Below, piece after piece: positions 8,669 to 17,155 of a DNA stretch of 18,127 bases (positions are counted from its first letter, which is position 1; each line of letters begins with the position of its first letter). The translations under genes were made by a program, and so were the position numbers. Under the pieces are notes generated by a model. That model was not told where the DNA came from, made no database searches, and was given only the letters and a program-made list of their open reading frames with translations. The DNA comes from a bacterium. GTDB lineage: Bacteria > Methylomirabilota > Methylomirabilia > CAVQYV01. The stretch lies in NCBI GenBank assembly GCA_043800755.1, contig JAZDMQ010000014.1:1-18127 (forward strand). The letters are read 5' to 3'.

Positions 8669-8985
8669 GGTGTGGATTCCCTTCCTCGGCCCTTCTGGAA
8701 GAGTGAGTCGAATTGGGTCCTCGCCTTGGCCCTGGCGGCCGCGTCGGTCGAGGGCGAAGCAGGCCTTTCCTCGGTCGGAACGAAGAAATCGCAGAAATTG
8801 GCCGCCTCTCTGTCCCGCACTTCCTCGGCCGCTGGCTCCTCACAGCCCCGGGAGGTCTCGCCCTTGAAGAAACGACAATTCAGGCAAGAATGGAGATACC
8901 CCCCGCAGAAGGGGCAGACCTCCTCCCGGCGGATCTGGGCCTCTATGTTGAGCTCTTGACCGCAGAGTTGGCAATAAAAGGCCAT
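8665..8985 (-). CDS. Hypothetical 8-Cys zinc-ribbon / metal-binding protein
   Basis: CQLC, CPFC, CLNC, GCEE and NFCDFF motifs, C-terminal ARTQFDSLF. Its stop overlaps the nth start (GTGA). Confidence 0.8.
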   Translation of the reverse strand: MAFYCQLCGQELNIEAQIRREEVCPFCGGYLHSCLNCRFFKGETSRGCEEPAAEEVRDREAANFCDFFVPTEERPASPSTDAAARAKARTQFDSLFQKGRGRESTP

Positions 8986-8992
8986 GGAGCCC

Positions 8993-9658
8993 TCACGCGA
9001 AGATCTCCGTCAGCCCCCAGATGTTATCCAGCAAATAATCTGGGTCCGCCTGGAGGAGATCCTGCCTCTTTCCCAGCCCATAGGTAAGGGCGCAGGTGAC
9101 CATCCCTGCCTGCTTGCCCGCCAGCACATCTCCTACGCTGTCTCCCACCATGGACGCCCGGCCTGGGGACACCCGCAGGGCCTTTAGGATCTTTTCCAGG
9201 GGCTCCGGATTGGGTTTGATATGCTCGGTGCTATCTCCGCCCAGGATCATCTCAAAATAGGGCTGGATGCCCAGGGCCTCCAACATCTTCAAGGTGAAAT
9301 CGAAGGTCTTGTTGGTGGCCACTGCCTTCTTCTTCCCTTTGAAATGTTCCAGGGTCTCCCGGACACGGGGATAGAGGCGGGTGTGATCGAGGAGATGTTG
9401 GCCATAGAATTCGCTGAACAGGGCCAGGGCCTTTTGTCGCAAGGGCAGGTCATCCTGGGTTAAGGACCGCTCGATGATCTTCTCCACCCCGTTGCCGATG
9501 TAGCCATAGATGGTCTCTGGGGGAAGCTCGGGCAATCCCAGGCGCTGTAAGGCGTAGTTCGTCGCCCGGGCGATATCGAACTTGGTATCGGCCAGGGTGC
9601 AATCGAGGTCGAAGATCAAGAGATCCACCGGCCGCTTGCTTTCCTCTCTGGAGATCAT
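8993..9658 (-). CDS. HAD-superfamily hydrolase, phosphoglycolate phosphatase (Gph)-like
   Basis: Motif I IFDLDCTLAD, YIGNGV, motif II ATNK, motif III KPNP, motif IV MVGDSVGD. Confidence 0.9.
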   Translation of the reverse strand: MISREESKRPVDLLIFDLDCTLADTKFDIARATNYALQRLGLPELPPETIYGYIGNGVEKIIERSLTQDDLPLRQKALALFSEFYGQHLLDHTRLYPRVRETLEHFKGKKKAVATNKTFDFTLKMLEALGIQPYFEMILGGDSTEHIKPNPEPLEKILKALRVSPGRASMVGDSVGDVLAGKQAGMVTCALTYGLGKRQDLLQADPDYLLDNIWGLTEIFA

Positions 9659-9768
9659 GAATCCCTTTTCCCCTTTCCTTCCTCATGGGCATGAAATCAT
9701 CTCCGTCCTCCCCCTCGGCCACACCCAGTTTCTTGGATGCCTTCAGAGGAGCAAGGAAGGGCACGAAC

Positions 9769-9797
9769 TTAATACCGCTTCCGCGTTCATTTGTCAA
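9769..9797 (-). promoter_or_regulatory. Candidate sigma70 promoter for the HAD-Zn ribbon-nth operon
   Basis: Minus strand TTGACA (9797-9792), 17-nt spacer, TATTAA (9774-9769). Confidence 0.55.
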
Positions 9798-10028
9798 GCG
9801 GCTCGACGGTTCGCCCGGGCCTTTTTCTCATTTTTGGAAAAGATTTCTTGACCGGGGGAGGATTTCGGGGATGGGGACCGGCAAGGGGGGATGGATCCGG
9901 GGATGCGTGGCGAGGGTAGTCCTTTCAGCCCTGTTGCCGGTACTGCCACGCCGACCTCCTACTCCGGGTCGCCCACTGGTGGCCAATAATAGGGCATCCC
10001 CTAATGTCCGCGTTTTTTTATAAAATCA

Positions 10029-10058
10029 CTTGACAAACTGGGACTCAGATTTTATATT
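10029..10058 (+). promoter_or_regulatory. dnaK promoter (sigma70) with overlapping HAIR-like HspR operator
   Basis: TTGACA (10030-10035), N17, TATATT (10053-10058), with an AT-rich tract upstream. CTTGACA-N7-ACTCAGA (10029-10049) resembles the HAIR consensus CTTGAGT-N7-ACTCAAG (10/14), and hspR is in the operon. Confidence 0.7.
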
Positions 10059-10167
10059 AATCGTAGAATGAAGGTGGAAGTTCTCCCCCTCTCATTATTG
10101 TTTTCATCGGAATCAAGAGAGCAGGATTTCAAGAAAGAAAGCTGGATTTCCTAAAAGGAGGCTTGCT

Positions 10168-12090
10168 GTGAGTAAGGTAATCGGGATCGATCTGGGAACG
10201 ACCAACTCGGTGGTGTCGGTGATGGAGGGAGGCGACCCCGTCGTCATCCCCAATGCGGAGGGAGGCCGCACCACCCCCTCGGTGGTCGCTTTTACCAAGG
10301 ATGGCGAGAGGGTGGTAGGGCAGGTGGCCAGGCGGCAGGCGGTCACTAACTCCGAGAATACCATCTTTTCCATCAAGCGCTTCATGGGGCGAAAATACGA
10401 TGAGGTGCAGCAAGAGATCAAACTCGTCCCCTATAAGGTGATCAGGGCCTCCAACGGGGATGTCTGGGTGGAGGTTAAGGGAAAGCAATACTCACCCCCC
10501 GAGATCTCGGCCATGATCCTGCAGAAGATGAGGGAATCCGCCGAGGCCTATCTGGGAGAAAAGGTGTCCAAGGCGGTCATTACCGTCCCCGCCTACTTTA
10601 ACGACAGCCAGCGGCAGGCGACCAAGGATGCGGGACGGATTGCAGGCCTGGAAGTGCTGCGGATCATCAACGAGCCAACCGCCTCGGCCCTGGCCTATGG
10701 CCTGGACAAGAAGAAGGACCAGAAGGTGGCGGTCTACGACCTAGGCGGCGGAACCTTTGATATCTCCATCCTCGAGATTGGAGAAGGGGTATTCGAGGTG
10801 AAGTCCACCAATGGCGATACCCACCTGGGCGGAGATGACTTCGACGAACGCATCATCCGCTGGATGGTGGAGGAGTATAAGAAGGATCAGGGCATCGACC
10901 TCTCCAAGGATCGCATGGCCTTGCAGCGTCTGAAGGAGGCGGCGGAGAAGGCCAAGTGCGAGCTTTCCACCACCCTGGAGACAGAGATCAACCTGCCCTT
11001 CGTCACCGCAGATGCCTCGGGCCCGAAGCATCTCTCCATGAAGCTGACCCGGGCCAAGTTGGAGCAGTTGGTGGACGATCTGATCCAGCGAAGCCTGGGT
11101 CCTTGCAAAAGGGCCCTGGAGGATGCAGGCTTCAAGCCCTCGGAGATCGATGAGGTCATCCTGGTGGGGGGCCAGACCCGCATACCCAAGGTGCAGCAGG
11201 TGGTCAAGGACCTCTTTGGCAAGGAGCCGCATAAGGGCGTCAACCCGGATGAGGTGGTGGCCGTGGGGGCTGCCATTCAGGCGGGGGTCCTGGCGGGCGA
11301 TGTGAAGGATGTGGTCCTGCTGGATGTCACGCCCCTCTCCCTGGGGATTGAGACCCTGGGAGGGGTGAGGACCCGTCTGATCGAGCGCAATACCACCATC
11401 CCCACCCGCAAGAGCGAGATCTTTACCACCGCGGCCGATAGCCAGACGAGCGTGGAGATTCATGTGCTCCAGGGAGAGCGGGAGATGGCGGGCGATAACC
11501 GCACTCTGGGCAAGTTCCATCTGGTGGGGATTCCTCCTGCGCCGCGGGGGATCCCGCAGGTCGAGGTGACCTTCGATATCGATGTGAACGGCATCGTCAA
11601 TGTCTCGGCCAAAGATCTGGGGACCGGCAAGGAGCAGCAGATTACCATCACTGCCTCCAGCGGCCTGGCCGAGGCCGACATCGAGAAGATGGTCAAAGAT
11701 GCGGACGCCCACGCCGCAGAGGATAAACAGCGGCGTCAGGACATCGAGACCCGCAATCACCTGGACAATCTGATCTACACCACGGAGAAGACCCTCAACG
11801 AGAATCGGGAGAAGATCCCGGTGAGCGAGATCTCCCCCCTTGAGGAGGCCCTTTCCGAGGGGAAGAAGGCCCTGGAGAGCCAGGACATGGCCCGGATCAA
11901 GACGGCGATGGATCAGCTCACCAAGACCTCCCACAAGTTAGCTGAGGCCATATATAAGGAGGCTCAGGCCCGGACGGCTTCCGCCCCCAGGGGAGCTGAG
12001 GGAGAGGCACGAGCTAACTCCTCTGGAGAGAGTGGCAAGCCAGAAGGGGAGGTGGTGGATGCAGAATTCGAAGATCTGGGGAAGAAATGA
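10168..12090 (+). CDS. dnaK: Molecular chaperone DnaK (Hsp70)
   Basis: [49 protein letters not shown]-terminal VVDAEFE. RBS AGGAGG, GTG start. Confidence 0.99.
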   Translation: MSKVIGIDLGTTNSVVSVMEGGDPVVIPNAEGGRTTPSVVAFTKDGERVVGQVARRQAVTNSENTIFSIKRFMGRKYDEVQQEIKLVPYKVIRASNGDVWVEVKGKQYSPPEISAMILQKMRESAEAYLGEKVSKAVITVPAYFNDSQRQATKDAGRIAGLEVLRIINEPTASALAYGLDKKKDQKVAVYDLGGGTFDISILEIGEGVFEVKSTNGDTHLGGDDFDERIIRWMVEEYKKDQGIDLSKDRMALQRLKEAAEKAKCELSTTLETEINLPFVTADASGPKHLSMKLTRAKLEQLVDDLIQRSLGPCKRALEDAGFKPSEIDEVILVGGQTRIPKVQQVVKDLFGKEPHKGVNPDEVVAVGAAIQAGVLAGDVKDVVLLDVTPLSLGIETLGGVRTRLIERNTTIPTRKSEIFTTAADSQTSVEIHVLQGEREMAGDNRTLGKFHLVGIPPAPRGIPQVEVTFDIDVNGIVNVSAKDLGTGKEQQITITASSGLAEADIEKMVKDADAHAAEDKQRRQDIETRNHLDNLIYTTEKTLNENREKIPVSEISPLEEALSEGKKALESQDMARIKTAMDQLTKTSHKLAEAIYKEAQARTASAPRGAEGEARANSSGESGKPEGEVVDAEFEDLGKK

Positions 12091-12108
12091 GCATTAACAT
12101 ACTGCCAA

Positions 12109-12145
12109 TGCGCTCCCCGCAGCGCCTTTCGCTGCGGGGAGCGCA
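12109..12145. other. Perfect 16-bp GC-rich inverted repeat between dnaK and hsp20 (mRNA stabiliser, processing site or attenuator)
   Basis: TGCGCTCCCCGCAGCG (12109-12124), loop CCTTT, CGCTGCGGGGAGCGCA (12130-12145). No U tract on the + strand. Confidence 0.75.
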
Positions 12146-12211
12146 AAGCCGAGCGATCCACAAAGGACCGCAGGTTTCCCGAATCGGGACAAGTGAAGGG
12201 AGGAACAGATC

Positions 12212-12661
12212 ATGACGATCGTAAGATGGGATCCATTCCGAGATTTGATGGGTCTCCAGGAAAGAATGAACGAACTGTTTGAACGCACCCTCCGGCGGAG
12301 AGGGCCCGAGGACGAGGTCCTGGCCCCTGCTACCTGGTCTCCAGCCGTGGACATCTATGAGACGGATGAGAAGCTGGTGCTCAAGGTGGAGCTCCCCGGA
12401 CTGAAAAAGGAGGACATCAATATCGAAGTCCGGGACAATACCCTCACCCTGAAGGGCGAAAGGAAGTTCGAGAAGGAGGTCAAGGAGGAGAACTACCACC
12501 GGATTGAACGCGTCTATGGATCCTTCCATAGGCCCTTCACCCTGCCCAGCACGATCAAGCAGGAGAAGATTGAGGCCGCCTTCAAGGACGGCATCCTGGA
12601 GATCTCCCTGCCCAAGGCAGAGGAGGCGAAGCCGAAGCAGATCAGCATCCAGGTCAGATAG
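12212..12661 (+). CDS. Small heat-shock protein, Hsp20/alpha-crystallin family
   Basis: WDPFRDL, WSPAVDIYET, ELPG..KEDI, ERVYGSF.R.FTLP, AFKDGILEISLPK. RBS GGAGG. Confidence 0.95.
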   Translation: MTIVRWDPFRDLMGLQERMNELFERTLRRRGPEDEVLAPATWSPAVDIYETDEKLVLKVELPGLKKEDINIEVRDNTLTLKGERKFEKEVKEENYHRIERVYGSFHRPFTLPSTIKQEKIEAAFKDGILEISLPKAEEAKPKQISIQVR

Positions 12662-12711
12662 CAGTAGGGCATCTCTTCCTGAGATGGCCACGGGGGATTC
12701 GAGCAGATTTC

Positions 12712-12741
12712 TTGGCCTTCGTGGCCATCTCATGCTATAAT
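12712..12741 (+). promoter_or_regulatory. Candidate internal extended -10 promoter for dnaJ-hspR-htpX
   Basis: TG-C-TATAAT (12733-12741) and TTGGCC (12712-12717) with an 18-nt spacer. Confidence 0.55.
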
Positions 12742-12781
12742 CATTTATTGATAGAGAATCATCCCATCGGGGGCAAGAAGG

Positions 12782-13921
12782 GTGGCCAAGAGGGATTATA
12801 ATGAGGTCCTGGGGGTCTCAAAAGGGGCCCCGGACAAAGAAATCAAAAAGGCCTACCGCAGGCTGGCCCGAAAACACCATCCGGACGTCAATCCCAACGA
12901 TAAAGGCGCTGAGGCAAAATTCAAGGAGATCAATGAGGCTTACGAGGTCCTCAGCGATCCGGAGAAGCGGAAGCAATACGATCTCTACGGGCATCAGGGC
13001 CCGGGTTTCCGTTCACCAGAAAGCGGTGGGGGATTTGAGGGCTTCGACCCCGGCCATGTCGACTTCTCCAACTTGGGGTTCGATCCCCAGGCCGGCGAGG
13101 GATTTGCCGACCTCTTTGGTGACCTCTTCACCAGAGGGAGAAGGGCAGATCGCGCGGAGGGGCCCGCCCCACCGAGGAGAGGTAATGACATCTACTACAC
13201 CGTGGACTTGGATTTCATGGACGCGGTGAAGGGCCTCACCACCCAGATCAATATCCAGAGGCATGTCCCCTGCTCCGCCTGCCACGGGGCGGGGGAAGTT
13301 CCCAGTTCCGCTACGGAGACCTGTCCTGACTGTAAGGGAACTGGACAGAAGCAGCTATCCCGGGGGGCCATGCGCCTGAGTCAGGTCTGCCCGAGCTGTG
13401 GAGGACGGGGCAAGAAAAGGTCCTTTTGCTCTGCCTGTGCCGGCAGGGGGGTGGCTTTGCAGACCGAGCGCCTCTCGGTCAAGATCCCCCCTGGGGTGGA
13501 CAACGGCTCGAAGGTGCGCCTGGCAGAGAAAGGGGAGGCGGGTCCCAATGGGGCCCCGACCGGAGACCTTTACATCCTTACCCGCATCCGCCCCCACGCC
13601 TTCTTCGAGAGGAAGGGAGATAACATCCACAGTAAGATCCCGCTCTCCATCCCGGAGGCGAGCCTGGGGGCGAAGATCGAGGTCCCTACCGTGGACGGGA
13701 TGACTGCCATGCGGATCCCGCCCGAGACCTCCAGTGGCCAGGTATTCAGGCTGCGGGGGAAGGGGGTGCCCCACTTGAAGGGATCGGGGCGAGGCGATCA
13801 GTATGTGGAGGTGAGGATTGTGGTGCCCAAGGGCCTCGATGCCCGCTCTCAGCAATTGCTCAAGGATTTTGAAAGGTTGAATCCGGAGGATCCTCGCAGG
13901 GATCTTCCCCGGACCGTTTGA
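12782..13921 (+). CDS. dnaJ: Molecular chaperone DnaJ (class A)
   Basis: J domain with HPD, G/F-rich linker, four CxxCxGxG repeats ([32 protein letters not shown]), C-terminal substrate-binding domain. Confidence 0.97.
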   Translation: MAKRDYNEVLGVSKGAPDKEIKKAYRRLARKHHPDVNPNDKGAEAKFKEINEAYEVLSDPEKRKQYDLYGHQGPGFRSPESGGGFEGFDPGHVDFSNLGFDPQAGEGFADLFGDLFTRGRRADRAEGPAPPRRGNDIYYTVDLDFMDAVKGLTTQINIQRHVPCSACHGAGEVPSSATETCPDCKGTGQKQLSRGAMRLSQVCPSCGGRGKKRSFCSACAGRGVALQTERLSVKIPPGVDNGSKVRLAEKGEAGPNGAPTGDLYILTRIRPHAFFERKGDNIHSKIPLSIPEASLGAKIEVPTVDGMTAMRIPPETSSGQVFRLRGKGVPHLKGSGRGDQYVEVRIVVPKGLDARSQQLLKDFERLNPEDPRRDLPRTV

Positions 13922-13930
13922 GAGGTCTTT

Positions 13931-14332
13931 ATGAAGACGAAACAGGAAAGAAGGCCCCTTTACATGATCAGCGTGGTGGCAGAGATGTTCTCCATCCATC
14001 CCCAGACCCTGAGGACCTACGAAAGGGAGGGGTTAGTCAAGCCCTCCCGCACGGTGGGGAATACCCGCCTCTACTCTCAGGAGGATGTGGAACGGATCGA
14101 GACGATCACCCGTCTGACCCGCGATTTGGGGGTGAACCTGGCCGGGGTGGAGGTGGTCCTCAATATGCGGGACAGGATGGAAGAGATGGAACGGCAGATG
14201 GAGGAGGGAATCAGGGCGCTCCGGGCGCAGTTGCTGAATGAGATCGAGGTGGCCAGTGCCCGCCCTCACCATGACCTGACCCTGGTGCCGGTGGGAAAGA
14301 GGGGCCTCCGGCGAAGGGGCGAGAATACTTAG
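13931..14332 (+). CDS. hspR: HspR-type MerR-family heat-shock repressor
   Basis: LYMISVVAEMFSIHPQTLRTYEREGLVKPSRTVGNTRLYSQEDV and LGVNLAGVEVVL, in the canonical position directly after dnaJ. Confidence 0.88.
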   Translation: MKTKQERRPLYMISVVAEMFSIHPQTLRTYEREGLVKPSRTVGNTRLYSQEDVERIETITRLTRDLGVNLAGVEVVLNMRDRMEEMERQMEEGIRALRAQLLNEIEVASARPHHDLTLVPVGKRGLRRRGENT

Positions 14333-14393
14333 CGGGTACCACGCCTCGAAGTCTGCCGGGAGAGCTTCAATTCAAGGCTAAGGAGGATAGGAG

Positions 14394-15248
14394 ATGTCGA
14401 ATACCTTCAAAACGGCCGCGCTGTTAGGCCTCCTGACAGGCCTGTTTGTCCTGATCGGGGGCTACTTTGGTGGCCGGCAGGGAATGATTATTGCGCTCCT
14501 CTTTGCGGGGGTGATGAACTTCGGGAGCTACTGGTTCTCCGACAAGATCGTCCTCCGCCTGTACCGGGCCCAGGAGGTCCAGGAGACAGAGGCTCCGGAC
14601 CTTTTTCGCATCGTGCGCGGCCTGGCTCAGAGGGCAGGGATCCCCATGCCCAAGGTCTACATCGTTCCCAATGAGGCGCCCAACGCCTTTGCCACCGGGC
14701 GCTCCCCGCAGCATGCGGCGGTGGCCGTCACTGATGGCATCCTCCGGCTCCTCTCCCCTGAGGAACTGGAGGGGGTCCTGGCCCATGAGTTGGCCCACAT
14801 CCAGCATCGGGATACGCTCATCTCCACCATCGCCGCCACCCTGGCCGGAGTGATTGTGATGCTGGCCAACATGGCCCGCTGGGCGGCCCTCTTCGGGGGG
14901 ATCGGCGGACGGGATGACGAGGATCGCGGCGGCGGGGCCCTCGGCTTCATCTTCATGGCGATCCTGGCCCCCATTGCGGCCACCCTCATTCAATTGGCGA
15001 TCTCGCGCTCCCGGGAGTATCTGGCGGACGACGGATCGGCCCGCCTCACCCGCAACCCGGGAAGACTGGCTAATGCCCTGGAGAAGCTGGAGTATGCGGC
15101 GGAGAGGATCCCCATGAATGCCAATCCCGCCACCTCCCATCTCTTCATCGTCAACCCGCTGCGAGGGCGAAGCCTGCTCTCCCTCTTCTCCACTCATCCT
15201 CCCATCGAGGAGCGAATTGCCCGCCTCCGGGCCATGAGGATTGCGTGA
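14394..15248 (+). CDS. htpX: Zinc metalloprotease HtpX (M48)
   Basis: [22 protein letters not shown] zinc motif, [22 protein letters not shown]. Confidence 0.96.
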   Translation: MSNTFKTAALLGLLTGLFVLIGGYFGGRQGMIIALLFAGVMNFGSYWFSDKIVLRLYRAQEVQETEAPDLFRIVRGLAQRAGIPMPKVYIVPNEAPNAFATGRSPQHAAVAVTDGILRLLSPEELEGVLAHELAHIQHRDTLISTIAATLAGVIVMLANMARWAALFGGIGGRDDEDRGGGALGFIFMAILAPIAATLIQLAISRSREYLADDGSARLTRNPGRLANALEKLEYAAERIPMNANPATSHLFIVNPLRGRSLLSLFSTHPPIEERIARLRAMRIA

Positions 15249-15949
15249 TGGGCCGGGGCAGGAGGGACAAAGGGACGCTTCTCCGACCCCTGGCCCTCTT
15301 TCTCCTTTTAGGCCTGGTTACCGCCCTTCTGGGATGCGCCCCCGCCATCGTTGGGGAAAGGAACCTGGTCCCGGATCCCCTCTGGGCTCAGTCGGGCAAG
15401 GAGGTGAGGGAGGACACTCTCATCGCCTCTTCCGAGCAATCGAGGGTGGAAGTCAAATACCTGGCCAAGGACGAATTGCTGGAGTTCCTGAACAGGCATT
15501 CCAACGATCCAGCGCTCTTCGATGCAGCCCCATCCTGGCTTGAGGCGATTACCCCCTTCCTGGTCGAGATCTCCAACAGCTCCGACGCCCCCATGGTCCT
15601 TCAAGGCCGGCATGCCGTCCTCCAGGACGACAAGGGTAGCGAGCTTTCGTCGTTGGGGTTCTCGGAGCTTTATCAGACCCTGTCCGAGGATCCAACGCGG
15701 GATAAGAAGATGAGGGTTCTGGAGGGACTCCTGTTGTCCTCCTTCCCCCTCCTTTCCGGAGAGTCGAGGCAAGGGCTGCTCCTCTTCGGGGCCCCGGATC
15801 CCAAGGCCGGGAAGGTGGCCTTGGGGATCTCTTTCTTGTTTGCGGATAAGGCGCTCAAGACCCAGGGACATATGTTTCCCTTCGCCATAGAGGCCCTCCC
15901 TCCTGAGTCAGTGGAGGGGGCTTCGGGAGGTAAAGGCGTTGAGAGATAA
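15245..15949 (+). CDS. Hypothetical lipoprotein (start 15245 or 15248)
   Basis: Basic N-terminus, hydrophobic stretch, lipobox LLGC. Translationally coupled to htpX (GTGATG). Beta-rich mature part (FLVEISN..., [10 protein letters not shown]). Confidence 0.7.
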   Translation: MMGRGRRDKGTLLRPLALFLLLGLVTALLGCAPAIVGERNLVPDPLWAQSGKEVREDTLIASSEQSRVEVKYLAKDELLEFLNRHSNDPALFDAAPSWLEAITPFLVEISNSSDAPMVLQGRHAVLQDDKGSELSSLGFSELYQTLSEDPTRDKKMRVLEGLLLSSFPLLSGESRQGLLLFGAPDPKAGKVALGISFLFADKALKTQGHMFPFAIEALPPESVEGASGGKGVER

Positions 15950-15968
15950 GAGGAAAGTTGGCGGACCG

Positions 15969-16679
15969 ATGAAGGGGTTTGCAGGCCTGATCTTTTTTGG
16001 CCTGGCTCTGGCCTGGGCTGCGACCGCCCTGGCCCAGGAGGTGGTCCTGGAGGTCTCCCTGCCGCGGGACTCATTAAATTCCCTGCTGCAGGCCCTCAAC
16101 GGGACGACCATTACCTATCAGGGAAGCCCTCGCGAGGACCTTCAGGCCGGAAAGCTCACCATTGGGCGAACGGAGATCAAGCGGATGGGGGAGGGACAGA
16201 TCCTGGTGGGCCTGGCGGGAAGGCTTTGGATCCATTATAATCAGAGGCCGGAGGAGAGCCTGGGGCTCCCCTTGGGCAGACCGTTGGAGGTCAAAACCAG
16301 CATGGATTTCAACTCCGATCTCTCCCTGGTCCCTCAGGTGGATAAGACGGCCCAGAAGCTCATTCTAAAGGCGAATGTGGTGAGGCTGGAGCTGAAGAGG
16401 GCCGAGGGGCTCTACGACCTGCTTATCCAGATACCGGGGATCGATCAGATTGCTCGGGCGCAGATCAACAAGGCCCTGCAGGGCATGAAGCAAGAGGTCC
16501 TGGACCTCTCTCCTTATCTGGAGCCCCAGGAGCTTTCGGTAGAGGGATCGCAATGGAGCGCTGACCGTACCCTGGTCGTCGAGCCGAGGGAGCTGAAGGT
16601 CGAGGTCCAGCCCGACGCCCTGAAGGTCCTGGCCTTCGCCCGGGTGGAATCGAAGGCCAAGGATCCGCGAAACAACTGA
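15969..16679 (+). CDS. Hypothetical secreted protein
   Basis: Sec signal MKGFAGLIFFGLALAWAATALA|QE. Codon usage resembles that of the host genes. Last gene of the run. Confidence 0.7.
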   Translation: MKGFAGLIFFGLALAWAATALAQEVVLEVSLPRDSLNSLLQALNGTTITYQGSPREDLQAGKLTIGRTEIKRMGEGQILVGLAGRLWIHYNQRPEESLGLPLGRPLEVKTSMDFNSDLSLVPQVDKTAQKLILKANVVRLELKRAEGLYDLLIQIPGIDQIARAQINKALQGMKQEVLDLSPYLEPQELSVEGSQWSADRTLVVEPRELKVEVQPDALKVLAFARVESKAKDPRNN

Positions 16680-16713
16680 TTTGTGGGACTGTTTTCCTTC
16701 AAAATGAGGGGTC

Positions 16714-16753
16714 GAAAAAAAATATTGACAAGAGAAAGTCACGGAATTATGTT
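16714..16753 (+). promoter_or_regulatory. Near-consensus sigma70 promoter with UP-like A tract (unit 1)
   Basis: A tract 16714-16724, TTGACA (16725-16730), N17, TATGTT (16748-16753). Confidence 0.7.
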
Positions 16754-16759
16754 CCGCTC

Positions 16760-16910
16760 ATAGATAGACAGGGAGCCGTTCAGACACCTGGGATTCGCCG
16801 ATAAGGCTCCACATCCGCGTCGACTGTAAAGTCTGGCCGTTGACCGGCAGGAGGTGGAAAAGGCAGGCACCGAATAGATCATTTGTTCCGAGATCACGGT
16901 GTCTTTTGTG
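16760..16910 (+). ncRNA. Candidate structured RNA, unit 1 (GGAGCC-GTTC...AA-GGCTCC stem-loop plus terminator-like hairpin)
   Basis: Lies directly after the promoter. Stem GGAGCC (16772-16777) / GGCTCC (16805-16810). 3' hairpin AGGCACCG (16865-16872) / CGGTGTCT (16897-16904) followed by TTTGTGTTT. No sizeable ORF. Confidence 0.45.
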
Positions 16911-17014
16911 TTTGCGGGAGGTCCAGGTTTCGATTTGGGAGAGGTCAGGAAGTGAATGTAATGACATATGAAGATGTGACCCTCGTCCTCCCTTCGGTGA
17001 AGGGCAAAAGGCGC

Positions 17015-17093
17015 TTGACAAGGGAAGCCAGGTGGAGTAGGTAAGCGAATCAGAAGAAGTTGGGAGCCGTTCCGCTCATATCCGCAAGGCTCC
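17015..17093 (+). ncRNA. Candidate promoter + structured RNA, unit 2 (second copy of the motif)
   Basis: TTGACA (17015-17020), N17, TAGGTA. GGGAGCCGTTC (17062-17072) ... AAGGCTCCA (17086-17094). Confidence 0.4.
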
Positions 17094-17155
17094 ATCTCCT
17101 GGCCACTTGGTCAATCCCGACCCAAGAAGTGCGGTGAGCTCCGCGCCCCATTGAA

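Noticed and set aside
9450..10023. ORFs 9450-9797, 9582-9851 and 9685-10023 in the divergent promoter region
   Set aside because: They overlap predicted promoters or the HAD gene, are low-complexity, and show no family motifs.
10020..10167. CIRCE or sigma32 control of dnaK
   Set aside because: No TTAGCACTC-N9-GAGTGCTAA and no CCCCAT-type -10 at the right spacing. The promoter is sigma70-like.
10741..11934. 397-aa ORF antisense to dnaK
   Set aside because: Long antisense ORFs opposite hsp70 genes are a known codon-bias artefact, often misannotated as NAD-specific glutamate dehydrogenase.
16771..17094. CRISPR array or known riboswitch explanation for the repeated GGAGCCGTTC motif
   Set aside because: Only two copies about 290 nt apart, no cas genes, and no match to riboswitch consensus sequences I know.
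16739..17095. Minus-strand ORFs 16739-17095 and 16758-17021
   Set aside because: Atypical composition and no motifs. The region is better explained by plus-strand promoters and RNA stems.
17101..17151. tRNA or tRNA 3' fragment as an integration site (ends in CCCCA)
   Set aside because: No T-loop GTTCRA and no cloverleaf pairing.
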